A DNA stretch of 43,764 bases from an uncultured Eubacteriales bacterium. Its GTDB lineage: Bacteria; Bacillota; Clostridia; Saccharofermentanales; UBA5734. Every line of letters starts with the position of its first letter. The stretch's first letter is position 1. The notes under the pieces were generated by a model. That model saw nothing but the letters and a program-made list of their open reading frames with translations, ran no database searches and was not told the origin of the DNA. A program made the position numbers and the translations under genes. The stretch spans positions 1 through 43,764 of the forward strand of contig CAIXGU010000254.1 in NCBI GenBank assembly GCA_903919045.1, written 5' to 3'. Below are positions 1 to 9,147 of this stretch, one piece after another.

Positions 1-92
1 GAACGTGCTGTGATCGTCTCGCCCGGTTGGACGAAGTGCTCGATCCGGTAGACGCTATCGAGGTTCATCGAACCGAAATTGAGGATCCTCAT
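1..92 (-). CDS. rbsK: Ribokinase / PfkB-family sugar kinase, N-terminal part (runs off window left edge)
   Basis: Not in the ORF track. Minus-strand translation from ATG at 92 gives MRILNFGSMNLDSVYRIEHFVQPGETITAR, the ribokinase N-terminal GSxNxD...PGET signature. A GAGGTG SD lies just upstream. Confidence 0.8.
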   Translation of the reverse strand, partial: MRILNFGSMNLDSVYRIEHFVQPGETITAR

Positions 93-149
93 GTGGCACC
101 TCGTCTCTCGCGCTGCGGCGACATCCATGTTCTCCCTGCTGCACGGTCC

Positions 150-170
150 ATTCCATCATCCGCATGGAAT
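150..170. promoter_or_regulatory. Inverted repeat ATTCCAT-N7-ATGGAAT, candidate operator in the rbsK/GH18 divergent region
   Basis: Perfect 7-bp arms at 150-156 and 164-170 in the intergenic region 93-271. Confidence 0.4.
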
Positions 171-213
171 TCGCTTCGGTTCGCTTCGATAAGGGCGAAT
201 GGATCGGGGCTTC

Positions 214-222
214 TGCTAGAAT
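214..222 (+). promoter_or_regulatory. Putative extended -10 promoter (TGcTAGAAT) for the GH18 gene
   Basis: TGn-TAGAAT lies 50 bp upstream of the ATG at 272 in otherwise GC-rich DNA. Confidence 0.45.
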
Positions 223-271
223 CGAAGATGCCGGGATTTCACGAAGCTTCCTCTGGAAAGGCGGAGATATC

Positions 272-1288
272 ATGGTTTTCATGGGCTATTGCCTCGCTGA
301 GCATCTCCATGCGGTGAACGACAGGCAGGCGCATGGACTGACGCACCTGAACGTTGCGTTCGGCGTGGTCAGGAATGGCGCCGTCGACATCGAGGGCATC
401 CGCGCCTCCCGCGCGGAGTTGCCGAGGTTGCGAGCGGCTCATCCGGGTCTCCGGATCCTCCTGTCGATCGGGGGCGGCGACGAGAACCAGCGGCATCCCT
501 TCGGCGTCGCGACGCGGACGCAGGGCGACATCGACCGGCTGGCCGATTCGGCCATGGAGGCGGTCCGGGAATTCGGCTTCGACGGCATCGACTGCGATTG
601 GGAATACCCCTGTTCGAGCGGCGACCCCGCGGAACGGGGCCAGCATCTCGCGCTCATGCGGACGCTCCGGTCCCGCCTGGACGCTTCCGCCGCGAGACGG
701 GGGACGAAGGGCTGGCTGACCTACGCGGCGCCGTGCACGGAGGAATACATCCGGAACGTGGCCGTGCGGGAGCTGGCGCAGGTCGCCGACTACGTCAACC
801 TGATGGGCTACGATTTCCGATGGGCCGGCCCGCGCACGGGGCTGCACTGCAACACCTACAGCCCTTCGGACGACCCGGATCCGACCAGCATCGACTGGGC
901 CGTCGGGAAATTCATGGAAGCCGGGGTTCCGCCGGGCGGCATCGTCCTCGGGGCGGCCTTCTATTCGCATCGCTATGACGGCGTGCAAGGCGGCGGGAAC
1001 GGGTACGGGCAGCCGTATACGGGTGCGTATTCCTATGGACCCGGCTATGGGGAGATCAAGAACCGGTACGAGACGGACCCCCGCTTCACGCGGCACTGGC
1101 ATGAAGAGGCGAAGGAGCCCTGGTTGTTCGACGGAGAGAGCTTCCTCACGTACGACGACGCGGAAGCGATGGCCCACAAGGCCGAGCTGGCGAAGCGGAG
1201 GGGCCTGGCCGGCATGATGTACTGGGAACATGGGTGCGATCGGACCGGCACGCTCTTCGATGCGATCCACGACGCATTGAAGCGGTGA
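272..1288 (+). CDS. GH18 glycoside hydrolase (chitinase-like), single domain, no signal peptide
   Basis: Motifs LLSIGG, FDGIDCDWEYP (DxxDxDxE), NLMGYD, LTYDD and GMMYWE. Start moved from the track's 164 to ATG 272, which follows AAAGGCGGAG. Confidence 0.92.
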   Translation: MVFMGYCLAEHLHAVNDRQAHGLTHLNVAFGVVRNGAVDIEGIRASRAELPRLRAAHPGLRILLSIGGGDENQRHPFGVATRTQGDIDRLADSAMEAVREFGFDGIDCDWEYPCSSGDPAERGQHLALMRTLRSRLDASAARRGTKGWLTYAAPCTEEYIRNVAVRELAQVADYVNLMGYDFRWAGPRTGLHCNTYSPSDDPDPTSIDWAVGKFMEAGVPPGGIVLGAAFYSHRYDGVQGGGNGYGQPYTGAYSYGPGYGEIKNRYETDPRFTRHWHEEAKEPWLFDGESFLTYDDAEAMAHKAELAKRRGLAGMMYWEHGCDRTGTLFDAIHDALKR

Positions 1289-1293
1289 GCCCT

Positions 1294-3387
1294 TCATCGC
1301 GGATCGGGATGTTCCGCTCCCAGAAGTGAATAGACGACGGCGGACGGCACGATGGAGCGATTCCCGGCGCCGTCGAACAGCCGCCTCGCATCGGAAGGGA
1401 TCGCGAACTCCACGGAGCACGACGCGCCCGGCTCGAGGAAGACCTTCTCCATGCCGACGAGGCGCTCGATCGGCTGGTCCGGTCCGGTGCCGGGCGTCCG
1501 CAGGTACAGCTGCAGCACGCGATGGGAGGCGACCGGACCCTCGTTCCGCACGGTCGCGCCCACGCGGTCCGTGCCGTCCTCCGCACGGGAGGTCCGCAGG
1601 CCGTCGTGCACGAACCGCGCATAGGAAAGGCCGGCACCGAAGCGGTACAGGGGCTCCTTCCTGAAGTAGCGGTAGGTCCGTCCTTCCATGGCGTAGTCCC
1701 GGAAGTCCGGAAGGTCCGCCGTCGAGCGGTAGAACGTGACGGGGAGGCAGCCGCAGGGGGAGAACTCGCCGAAGAGGACCTTGGCGACGGCGAGACCGCC
1801 CATCGCCCCGGGGTAGAAGGCCTGGAGGACGGCGCCGGTCGAAGGCCCTTCGCCGAAGGGGGAGAGCGCGCTTCCGGAGAGGAGGACGAGGGCGATGGGT
1901 TTTCCGGTCGACCGGATCGCGTCGAGGAGACGCGCCTGGACGTCGGGAAGCTCGACGCCGGGCTTGTCTCCGCTCGCGAACGAATTCCCGGCGTCGCCTT
2001 CCTCGCCCTCCAGCGTGGAGTCCAGCCCGAGGCAGAGCACGACGGCATCGCAGAGCGATGCGGTCTCCATGGCCTCGGCCAGGAGGTCGCCCTTCGCGCA
2101 CAGGGACTGGTTCGGATCCCGGAACGGATGGGATCCCTGCGCATAACGGACTTCCACGGTCGGAGGGACGATGGAGCGGATCCCCCGGAGAATGGTCCAG
2201 GGATCCGACGGCGTGCCGTGGTAATTGCCGAGCAGGGCGGTGAGGGAATCCGCATTCGGGCCGATGACGGCGATGCGGCGCATCCGCGCGGCATCGAGCG
2301 GCAGGAGGCCGTCGTTCTCGAGCAGCACGAGGGAGTGGAGCGCGGCTTTCAGGTTGAGCGCCCGATGCTCCGCGCAGTCGACCCGATCGTACGGGATCGA
2401 GGCGTAGGGATGGCCGTCGGACGCCTCCCCGAGGAGCCCGAGACGGAAGCGGGCGACCAGGAGGCGCTCGAGGCTCCGGTCGAGGTCCCGCTCCTCGGCG
2501 AGGCCTCCGCGGACCGCCGAGAGCAGATGCAGGTATGCGTTCCCGCAGTTCAGGTCGCAGCCGGCGCGGAGGGCGAGCGCCGCCGATTCCTCCATCGTCG
2601 CGGTGACGCCGTGGCCCTCGTGGAAATCGCGGATCGCCCAGCAGTCCGACGTCACGTGGCCGTCGAACCCCCAGCGCTCCCGCAGGAGCTTCGTGAGGAG
2701 GCGCGCGCTCCCGCAGGCCGGTTCGCCGTTCACCCGATTGTAGGCGCCCATGACCGCTTCCGCCCGGCCTTCGCGGACGAGGGCCTCGAAGGCGGGAAGA
2801 TAGGATTCGAAGAGGTCCTTGTCGGAGACCCGGGCGTCGAACGAATGCCGTTCCGCCTCCGGGCCGCTGTGCACCGCGAAATGCTTGGCGCAGGCGGCGG
2901 CCTTGAGGACCGCCGGGTCGTCTCCCTGCAGCCCCCGGACGAAGGCGACGCCGATGCGGGAGGTCAGGTACGGGTCCTCGCCGTAGGTCTCGTGGCCGCG
3001 CCCCCAGCGCGGGTCGCGGAACAGGTTGACGTTCGGCGCCCAGAAGGTGAGGCCCTTGTATTGGTCGCGGTCGCCGTGCCGGACCGCAGCGTGGTGCTTG
3101 GCGCGCGCCTCCGTCGCCACGGCGTCGGCGATCTCCCCGACGAGCGCGGGGTCGAAGGTCGCGGCGAGTGCGATGGCCTGCGGGAACACGGTCGCGACCC
3201 CGGCGCGCGCGACGCCGTGCAGCGCCTCGTTCCACCAGTTGTAGGCCGGAATCCCGAGCCGTTCGAGCGCGGCAGCGCCGTGGACCAGCTGGAGGACCTT
3301 CTCCTCGAGCTCCATTCCGGCGACGAGGTCGCGGGCCCGTTGCCGGTAGACCGCATCGAGGGCGGGGTCGATGGCTCCCGTCGGCAT
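1294..3387 (-). CDS. GH3 beta-xylosidase/beta-glucosidase
   Basis: Motifs WWNEALHGVA, RDPRWGRGHETYGEDP, KHFAVH, TSDCWAI (nucleophile), LEGEEGD, and a C-terminal Fn3-like region. Confidence 0.93.
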   Translation of the reverse strand: MPTGAIDPALDAVYRQRARDLVAGMELEEKVLQLVHGAAALERLGIPAYNWWNEALHGVARAGVATVFPQAIALAATFDPALVGEIADAVATEARAKHHAAVRHGDRDQYKGLTFWAPNVNLFRDPRWGRGHETYGEDPYLTSRIGVAFVRGLQGDDPAVLKAAACAKHFAVHSGPEAERHSFDARVSDKDLFESYLPAFEALVREGRAEAVMGAYNRVNGEPACGSARLLTKLLRERWGFDGHVTSDCWAIRDFHEGHGVTATMEESAALALRAGCDLNCGNAYLHLLSAVRGGLAEERDLDRSLERLLVARFRLGLLGEASDGHPYASIPYDRVDCAEHRALNLKAALHSLVLLENDGLLPLDAARMRRIAVIGPNADSLTALLGNYHGTPSDPWTILRGIRSIVPPTVEVRYAQGSHPFRDPNQSLCAKGDLLAEAMETASLCDAVVLCLGLDSTLEGEEGDAGNSFASGDKPGVELPDVQARLLDAIRSTGKPIALVLLSGSALSPFGEGPSTGAVLQAFYPGAMGGLAVAKVLFGEFSPCGCLPVTFYRSTADLPDFRDYAMEGRTYRYFRKEPLYRFGAGLSYARFVHDGLRTSRAEDGTDRVGATVRNEGPVASHRVLQLYLRTPGTGPDQPIERLVGMEKVFLEPGASCSVEFAIPSDARRLFDGAGNRSIVPSAVVYSLLGAEHPDPR

Positions 3388-3397
3388 GGCGCGGACC

Positions 3398-4432
3398 TCA
3401 GCCGTAGTCGACGTCCACGGGCTCGCGGCGCGCCGCGGAGTCCATGATCGCGAGGATGGAAAGGCTGGTGTTCGCCGCGTCCTCGAGGGTCACGGGGAAG
3501 GGCCTCCCGTCGGCCATCCGGTCGATGAAGGTCCGGATGCTCTCGAACGCGAACCCTTTCGCTTCCCCGTAGATGCGATGCTTCACCAGCATGTCGGGCA
3601 CCTCGACGCCGGTGTCCGTGACCTTCTGCAGCAGGGTGTGGTGGCTGGCATCGATGGCGATCATGCCCTTCGTGCCGAGCAGGTTGCACTTGATGTCGTT
3701 GACGTTCGGATTGCCGTTCGGCGTGATCCAGCCGTTCTCCATCTGGGCGATGCCGCCGTTCCCGAATTCCAGCGTGCTCTGGTAGAGGTCGACCGTGTCG
3801 ACGCCCAGCGAACGGAGCAGGCCGGACCGGCTGACCGCGAAGACGCGCTTCACCTCGCTGCCGAAGAACCACCGCAGGGTATCGAGGCTGTGGCTTCCGA
3901 GGAACCAGAGGATCGAGGAGCGGGCGGCCCAGGAGAGCATGTCGGTGGCGACGGACCGGACGTCGTTGAGGCGGAAGTACGCGCTGACGAGGTCGCCCAG
4001 CTCGCCGCGCTCGAGGGATTGGTGGGCGACGTGGAAGGCGGGGCTCCAGCGGTTGTGGAGGTCGACCATGGCGCGCACGCCGTTGCGCTCCACGGCCTCG
4101 CGGATCCGGAACACATCCTCCCGCGTCGTCGCGAGCGGCTTCTCGATGATCATGCTCCGGCCGGCGTTCGCCGCATCGATCGCGATGTCGGCGTGGGCGA
4201 AGTCCGGCGTCACGATCGCGAGGACGTCGCAGCCGGAGTGCGCGAGCATCTCCCGGTGGTCCGTGTAGACGCCGGAGACGCCGAGCGTTCCGGCCAGCGC
4301 CGCCGCGCGCGCGGCATCGCGGTCGCAGACCGCGACGACCTCCGTGAGCGGGTGGTCCTGGTACAGCCGCCCGTGGTTCTCTCCCCACAGGCCGGCGCCG
4401 ACGATGGCGACCTTCATGCGGCTCGTGAGCAT
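3398..4432 (-). CDS. Gfo/Idh/MocA-family NAD(P)-dependent sugar oxidoreductase
   Basis: C-terminal part of the track ORF 3398..6940. MLTSRMKVAIVGAGLWG Rossmann motif, TPDFAH, EKPLA, HNRW, HSLD. SD AAGGAGGAG precedes ATG 4432. Confidence 0.9.
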   Translation of the reverse strand: MLTSRMKVAIVGAGLWGENHGRLYQDHPLTEVVAVCDRDAARAAALAGTLGVSGVYTDHREMLAHSGCDVLAIVTPDFAHADIAIDAANAGRSMIIEKPLATTREDVFRIREAVERNGVRAMVDLHNRWSPAFHVAHQSLERGELGDLVSAYFRLNDVRSVATDMLSWAARSSILWFLGSHSLDTLRWFFGSEVKRVFAVSRSGLLRSLGVDTVDLYQSTLEFGNGGIAQMENGWITPNGNPNVNDIKCNLLGTKGMIAIDASHHTLLQKVTDTGVEVPDMLVKHRIYGEAKGFAFESIRTFIDRMADGRPFPVTLEDAANTSLSILAIMDSAARREPVDVDYG

Positions 4433-4464
4433 GGTCTCCTCCTTCCGGCGGCCCCGCGTCCGGT

Positions 4465-6369
4465 TCAGAACTGACCGACGGTCGCGGTGCGGGTGAAGCT
4501 GTTGTAATGGGGAAGGGCCGCGGGACCCGAGGGGACCGTGCCGTGGCAGGTGAGACGCTCCTCCTCGAGTTCCTCGATGCGGGATGACTCTCCGAGGAGG
4601 TAGGCATCCAGGCGGTGGACCACCGTCTCGGCCCGGGCCCGCAGGAACCCGTACTTGATGTCCTCGACCTCCCAGCCGAACGGCTTGTAGAAGTGCGACC
4701 ACGCGTCGCGATGGGCGTGGTGCAGCGCCGTCACGCGGTCGAGGTACTCCCCGGCGACGAGGTCCCGCAGCCCGGAGAGCGCGGCGCGGTCCCCGGCGTC
4801 GTAGGCGCGCTTCAGCCGGAGCCCCAGGTCGACCTTGACCTCGAGGACGCGGCACAGCTGCAGGCCCAGGCGCAGCCCCCACAGCGCGTCGGGTTCGCAC
4901 CCGCCCGCGTCGGCGAGGGCGGCCAGCGCATCCGCCTTCGCCCGATAGACGGCGGCGAAATCGCCTCGGGAGGCCTCGACGTCGAACTGCCCCAGCAGGA
5001 GGTCCTGCCAGAGGAAGTAGCGCTGCGGATTCGGGGATTCGAGTCCGACCAGGCTCAGGCCGTCCTCGATCTCGTCGATGCTGCCGACGGCCCAGAAGCT
5101 CTCGTAGGGCGCGCCCGTCATCACGCGGGCGTTCCTCCGGCTCTTCGGGGCGCCCGCATCGGCGCCGCCGAAGCAGGTTTCGGCGTAGATCATCATGCCG
5201 AGCAGGTCGGGGCCGGGCGGCGCCTCCCCGCCGTCGTCCTTCCAGACGCAGAGGAACATCTCCTCGAGTCCCCTGTCCCGCGCGGCGGCGACGCTCGCAC
5301 GGGTGGTCGCGGCGGTCCGGACGAGGTTCGGCACCAGTCCGATCCAGCTGCAGACCCCCGCCGCGAACAGCGGGCGGATCCCCTGGCGCAGGTGCTCGTC
5401 GATGTATTTCCGGTAGAAGGCCTCGTCCGTGTGGTAGTAGTCCCAATAGATGACGTCGTAATCCTTCGGGATGATCGCGCCGGTTCCCTCCGGAAGCACG
5501 ACGTCCGGGTCGTAGTATCCCGAATCCCGGATGTTCATGCGGAAGATCATGTCGCCCCACATCATCGGCCGGAGCCCGTGCCTCGTGCAGAGGGCCGCGA
5601 GCGCCTCGAGATGCTCGCGCATGATCTCCTCGGGCTTCGTGTAGCCGTGCTTCGAGAGATAGCGGCCCAGCCCGAGCCCATGCGCTTCGTCGAGGCCGAG
5701 ATGGATCCGGCGGGAGCGCACGCAGCCGCTGACGGAGACGATCATGTCCTCGATCAGGGAGAGGACCGCGGGATCCCCGGCGAGGAGGACGTGGGAGGTG
5801 TCCTGGAGGGGATCGGTCACGTTCCAGCGCAGGAAGCGCTCGAGATGCGCGAGCGCCTGGATGCAGGGGATGAGCTCGATGCCCAGGCCGTGGGCGAAAT
5901 CGTCGATCGCGGTCAGCTCGGCGGCGGTGTACCGGCCGCGGTAGTGCCCGAATTCGGGGTGGCCGGGCAGCGGGTAGGTGTCCTCGGTATAGAGCATCAG
6001 CGTGTCGTAGCCCATGAGGGCCATCTTGACGAGGAGGCCCTGCACGGTCCGGACGGTCGGGACGGAATTCCGGCTGCAGTCGTACATGACGCCCAGCGTC
6101 CGGAAGGGACGGTCCTGCCGGATCGTCTCCGGCGCGCCGCCCGCGAGCAGCGCGGAGGACGCGAGCCCGATGCCGCGGAACATCTCCGCCGGGCGGGAGA
6201 AGAGGACCTCCGCGCCATCGCCCGCCACCGTCACCCGGACGCCGGGCTCGTCCCTGCGCCGGAGGACCAACCGCCCCTCCAGCTCTGCGGGAAGCGCCGC
6301 CCTCACGGCTTCCAGTCCGCTCTCGAGCCCATCCGGCGCAGCCGTTCCATCGAACGCGATCCGCAGCAT
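4465..6369 (-). CDS. GH20 beta-N-acetylhexosaminidase (GcnA-like)
   Basis: Motifs DCSRNS, LYTEDTY, GRYT, ELIPCIQALAH, HLGLDEA (catalytic DE), YWDYY, PFGWEV. SD AGGAGG. Confidence 0.88.
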   Translation of the reverse strand: MLRIAFDGTAAPDGLESGLEAVRAALPAELEGRLVLRRRDEPGVRVTVAGDGAEVLFSRPAEMFRGIGLASSALLAGGAPETIRQDRPFRTLGVMYDCSRNSVPTVRTVQGLLVKMALMGYDTLMLYTEDTYPLPGHPEFGHYRGRYTAAELTAIDDFAHGLGIELIPCIQALAHLERFLRWNVTDPLQDTSHVLLAGDPAVLSLIEDMIVSVSGCVRSRRIHLGLDEAHGLGLGRYLSKHGYTKPEEIMREHLEALAALCTRHGLRPMMWGDMIFRMNIRDSGYYDPDVVLPEGTGAIIPKDYDVIYWDYYHTDEAFYRKYIDEHLRQGIRPLFAAGVCSWIGLVPNLVRTAATTRASVAAARDRGLEEMFLCVWKDDGGEAPPGPDLLGMMIYAETCFGGADAGAPKSRRNARVMTGAPYESFWAVGSIDEIEDGLSLVGLESPNPQRYFLWQDLLLGQFDVEASRGDFAAVYRAKADALAALADAGGCEPDALWGLRLGLQLCRVLEVKVDLGLRLKRAYDAGDRAALSGLRDLVAGEYLDRVTALHHAHRDAWSHFYKPFGWEVEDIKYGFLRARAETVVHRLDAYLLGESSRIEELEEERLTCHGTVPSGPAALPHYNSFTRTATVGQF

Positions 6370-6399
6370 TGCGATTCCTCCTGTCCTCCGTCGGGACGC

Positions 6400-7323
6400 T
6401 CAGCCCTTCTTCGACTCCGCCAGCGCGGCATAGTTCGGGTTGTCGTAGGGGAAATCGTCGTCGAGCGGATTCCCGTGCGGCGGCAGGATCGACCACGAAT
6501 TGTAGTGATGGACCGCATACCCGGCCTCCGGGACGCGCCATTCCGTCTCGACGATCCGCCGGAGCGCGTGGAGCTCCTCGCAGAGCCGGACGGTCCCGAT
6601 GTGGTCGAAGGTGATGTTGATCTCCTCGTAGATGCGTCCGGTCTCGAATGCCAGGGAGATCCGCCGGCCCAGGCGCTCCGCGAGCGCGAGCCCCGTCCTC
6701 GCGAATTCGACGGCGCCGCGCGCGGTGTCGCGATAGGACATGAAGAGGGTCGTGTCGGCGTGGCGGATGCAGAACTCCGTCAGGTCCATCGGACGTCCGT
6801 CGGCATCGGCGCACGGGTAGCGATCGAACCAGCAGGGGATGTCGAGCTCGAGCGCCGTCCCGGTGCGGTCGGCGACCTGGCGCGCACGGAGGAGGAACGA
6901 CCGGTACGCCGCGACGACGGTGGCGTTGTCGGTCTCCCACGCGGGGAGCTGATGCGGCTCGATGTCGAGATGCAGGCCGTAGAAGCGTTCCTCGGGGGCG
7001 GAGACGCGCTGGTGGTCCTCATAGAACGCGAAGAACCGCTCTCCCTCCTGCCGGCCCTCCGGCAGCACCCAGCGAGCGTCCGCGCCGATCAGGGCGACCC
7101 GCACGCCGGCCGCGCGGCAGGTCCGGACGAAGGTCCGGTACTCCTCGGCGCTCCTCTTCCCGGGCGCGTAGACCAGGTAGATCTCGTTGACGCCGTTCGG
7201 GACGAGGAAGCGCAGGACCTCTTCGGGCCAGCCGATCTCCTCCGCGCGCCAGACCCAGGTGCCGAAGGGGACTCTTCTTCCGACCCGGTTGAAATCGCAG
7301 GGTTCCGCGTGGTTCGTGGACAT
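6400..7323 (-). CDS. Uncharacterised putative TIM-barrel glycoside hydrolase, cytoplasmic paralog of 12501..13487
   Basis: Motifs GTWVW, NGVNEIYL, RFYGLHLDIEP, MSYRDTA, FETG, AVHHYNSW. No signal peptide. SD GAAGGAG precedes ATG 7323. Confidence 0.7.
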   Translation of the reverse strand: MSTNHAEPCDFNRVGRRVPFGTWVWRAEEIGWPEEVLRFLVPNGVNEIYLVYAPGKRSAEEYRTFVRTCRAAGVRVALIGADARWVLPEGRQEGERFFAFYEDHQRVSAPEERFYGLHLDIEPHQLPAWETDNATVVAAYRSFLLRARQVADRTGTALELDIPCWFDRYPCADADGRPMDLTEFCIRHADTTLFMSYRDTARGAVEFARTGLALAERLGRRISLAFETGRIYEEINITFDHIGTVRLCEELHALRRIVETEWRVPEAGYAVHHYNSWSILPPHGNPLDDDFPYDNPNYAALAESKKG

Positions 7324-7506
7324 GGCGGCCGCTCCTTCCATTCATCGGAGATCGATGGACCCATCATACACGACTCCTTCGGCGGCGGCTGGAATCTGTG
7401 CAGAAAAGCGAAGGGATGGACAGGACCCAATGCGATTTCGGTATTATGCACATATCCGTGCGTCTATACTGGAACGGAAGGACGCAACGGGGGAGGGAAG
7501 GACGCA
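7324..7506. promoter_or_regulatory. Divergent promoter region between the left minus-strand operon and the central operon
   Basis: AT-richer intergenic stretch with TATACT (7465-7470, +), TATGAT (7363-7368, -) and an inverted pair TGTGCA (7398-7403) / TGCACA (7447-7452). Confidence 0.5.
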
Positions 7507-9147
7507 ATGGTCCCGACGAAGTCGATCGCATGGATCCTCGCCGCCAGTCTGGTCCTCGCGCTCGCGGGCTGCGCGGAGTGCGCGCCGAGCGACGCGACGC
7601 CCGAACCCTCCGCGAACGGGAAATACCGCCCCGCGATCGAGCTGACGGTCCCCGGCCGGGTCCTCGTGCGCGACGCGGCAGGCTACGATGATTTCCGCAA
7701 TCCGTGGACCGAGGCCTACGAGGACGAGCTCGGAATCACGCTCGTGCCCAAGTGGACCGCCGCCGCCGCGGAGAACGTGACGCTGAGCGAGCAGCTGGCG
7801 GCGGGCGTCGTCCCGGACCTGATGCCGGGACTGGGCCGCGCCGAATTCGAGCTCGTGGTCCGGCTCGGGCTCGCGGCGGACATGGGGGACCTGGTCGACC
7901 GCTTCGCGAGTCCCCTCACGAAGGAGATCCTCCACAGCGACGGCGGCTATTCGATCCAGAGCTCCACGATCGACGGGAAGCTGTACGCGCTGCCCCACGT
8001 CTATGGGAATACGGACAACATCCCGATGATGTGGATCCGGACGGACTGGCTCCGGGAGCTCGGGCTCGAGGTCCCCAAGACGCAGGACGACCTCGAGGCC
8101 GTCCTCGAGGCCTTCGTGCGCAGGGACCCCGACGGGAACGGCGTCGAGGATACGTTCGGTCTCTGCAGCACCGGCAGCCTGTGGGAATTCGGAGCCGTCT
8201 TCAACATGTTCGGAGCCCAGCCGTTCTGGAGCTGGTACTATGACGGGTACCACCGGCTCCGCTACTCCACCGTCTCGTTCGTCCCCCAGATGAAGGAGGC
8301 GCTCGCCTACCTCCAGCGCCTCTATCGCGCCGGCCTGGTCTACCCCGAATTCGGCGTGCTTCCTGCGGACCGCTACTACCGGACCTTCGCCGATGGCAAG
8401 GCGGGCGTCGCGTTCGAATACAAGTACCTGCCGCTGCACATCCAGGAGGATGCCGCCGGAGGCCGCGTCACGGCCGAATGGAAGGCGTACCCCCTCCCGA
8501 CGGCGCTGCCCGGCGGACAGCCGGCGCGCCCGTTCTCCTACCATGGTCCGGCGGCCTACAATGTCGTCTCCTCGAAATGCAGGTACCCCGAGGCGGCGAT
8601 CCGGATGCTGGACCTGTACACCGAGAAGGTCCATTCGGACCGGAGCGACGACTCCTACGACCGGTTCGTGCAGACCCCCGGCGGCGTCTCCGTGGAGAGA
8701 TACGCCGTGTTCCGGATGTCCGTCGCGAACGACCTCTCCGAATTCGACGACATCGCGGCGGCGGTCGAAGCCGGGGACCCGGCCGGACTCACCCGCAGCG
8801 AAGCCGAGAAGTACCGCCTGTGCATCCAGTACGAGGAGGGCGACCTGACCCGGTGGGCGGATTACCAGTATTATGGTCCGGGAAACGCCACGGTGACGGT
8901 CATCCGCTACTACTCGACCGCGGTGACCCCGTTCTTCTCCGACTACTATGGGCCGGAGCCGCAATCGGCGGGCCTCTATTTCGGCCAGCTCAACAGCCGC
9001 TGGCTGGAGACCTGCACCCGGATCATCATGGGGGACGCGGACGTCGGCATCTACGACGACTTCGTCCGGGCCTTCTATTCGCTCGGCGGCCAGCAGGCCG
9101 AGGACGAGCTGAACGCCATGGTGGCGGCGGCGACGGTGACGCCGTGA
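7507..9147 (+). CDS. Extracellular solute-binding lipoprotein (LplA-like carbohydrate SBP), probably sensor-associated
   Basis: Lipobox LAGC, and motifs DGKLYALP, WIRTDWLRELGLEVPKT, DPDGNG, YPEAAIRMLD. Start ATG 7507 follows GGGAGG. The stop overlaps the kinase start (GTGA). Confidence 0.88.
   Translation: MVPTKSIAWILAASLVLALAGCAECAPSDATPEPSANGKYRPAIELTVPGRVLVRDAAGYDDFRNPWTEAYEDELGITLVPKWTAAAAENVTLSEQLAAGVVPDLMPGLGRAEFELVVRLGLAADMGDLVDRFASPLTKEILHSDGGYSIQSSTIDGKLYALPHVYGNTDNIPMMWIRTDWLRELGLEVPKTQDDLEAVLEAFVRRDPDGNGVEDTFGLCSTGSLWEFGAVFNMFGAQPFWSWYYDGYHRLRYSTVSFVPQMKEALAYLQRLYRAGLVYPEFGVLPADRYYRTFADGKAGVAFEYKYLPLHIQEDAAGGRVTAEWKAYPLPTALPGGQPARPFSYHGPAAYNVVSSKCRYPEAAIRMLDLYTEKVHSDRSDDSYDRFVQTPGGVSVERYAVFRMSVANDLSEFDDIAAAVEAGDPAGLTRSEAEKYRLCIQYEEGDLTRWADYQYYGPGNATVTVIRYYSTAVTPFFSDYYGPEPQSAGLYFGQLNSRWLETCTRIIMGDADVGIYDDFVRAFYSLGGQQAEDELNAMVAAATVTP

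Noticed and set aside
4433-6940. 1180-aa ORF (3398..6940) as one oxidoreductase fusion
   Set aside because: Only the last 344 aa are Gfo/Idh/MocA-like and have their own SD. The remainder shadows GH20.
4615-7506. 1510-aa ORF (4615..9147) extending the SBP upstream
   Set aside because: The upstream part is antisense to GH20 and the hypothetical GH. The real start is at 7507, with an SD and lipoprotein signal. Long stop-free antisense frames are expected at this GC content.
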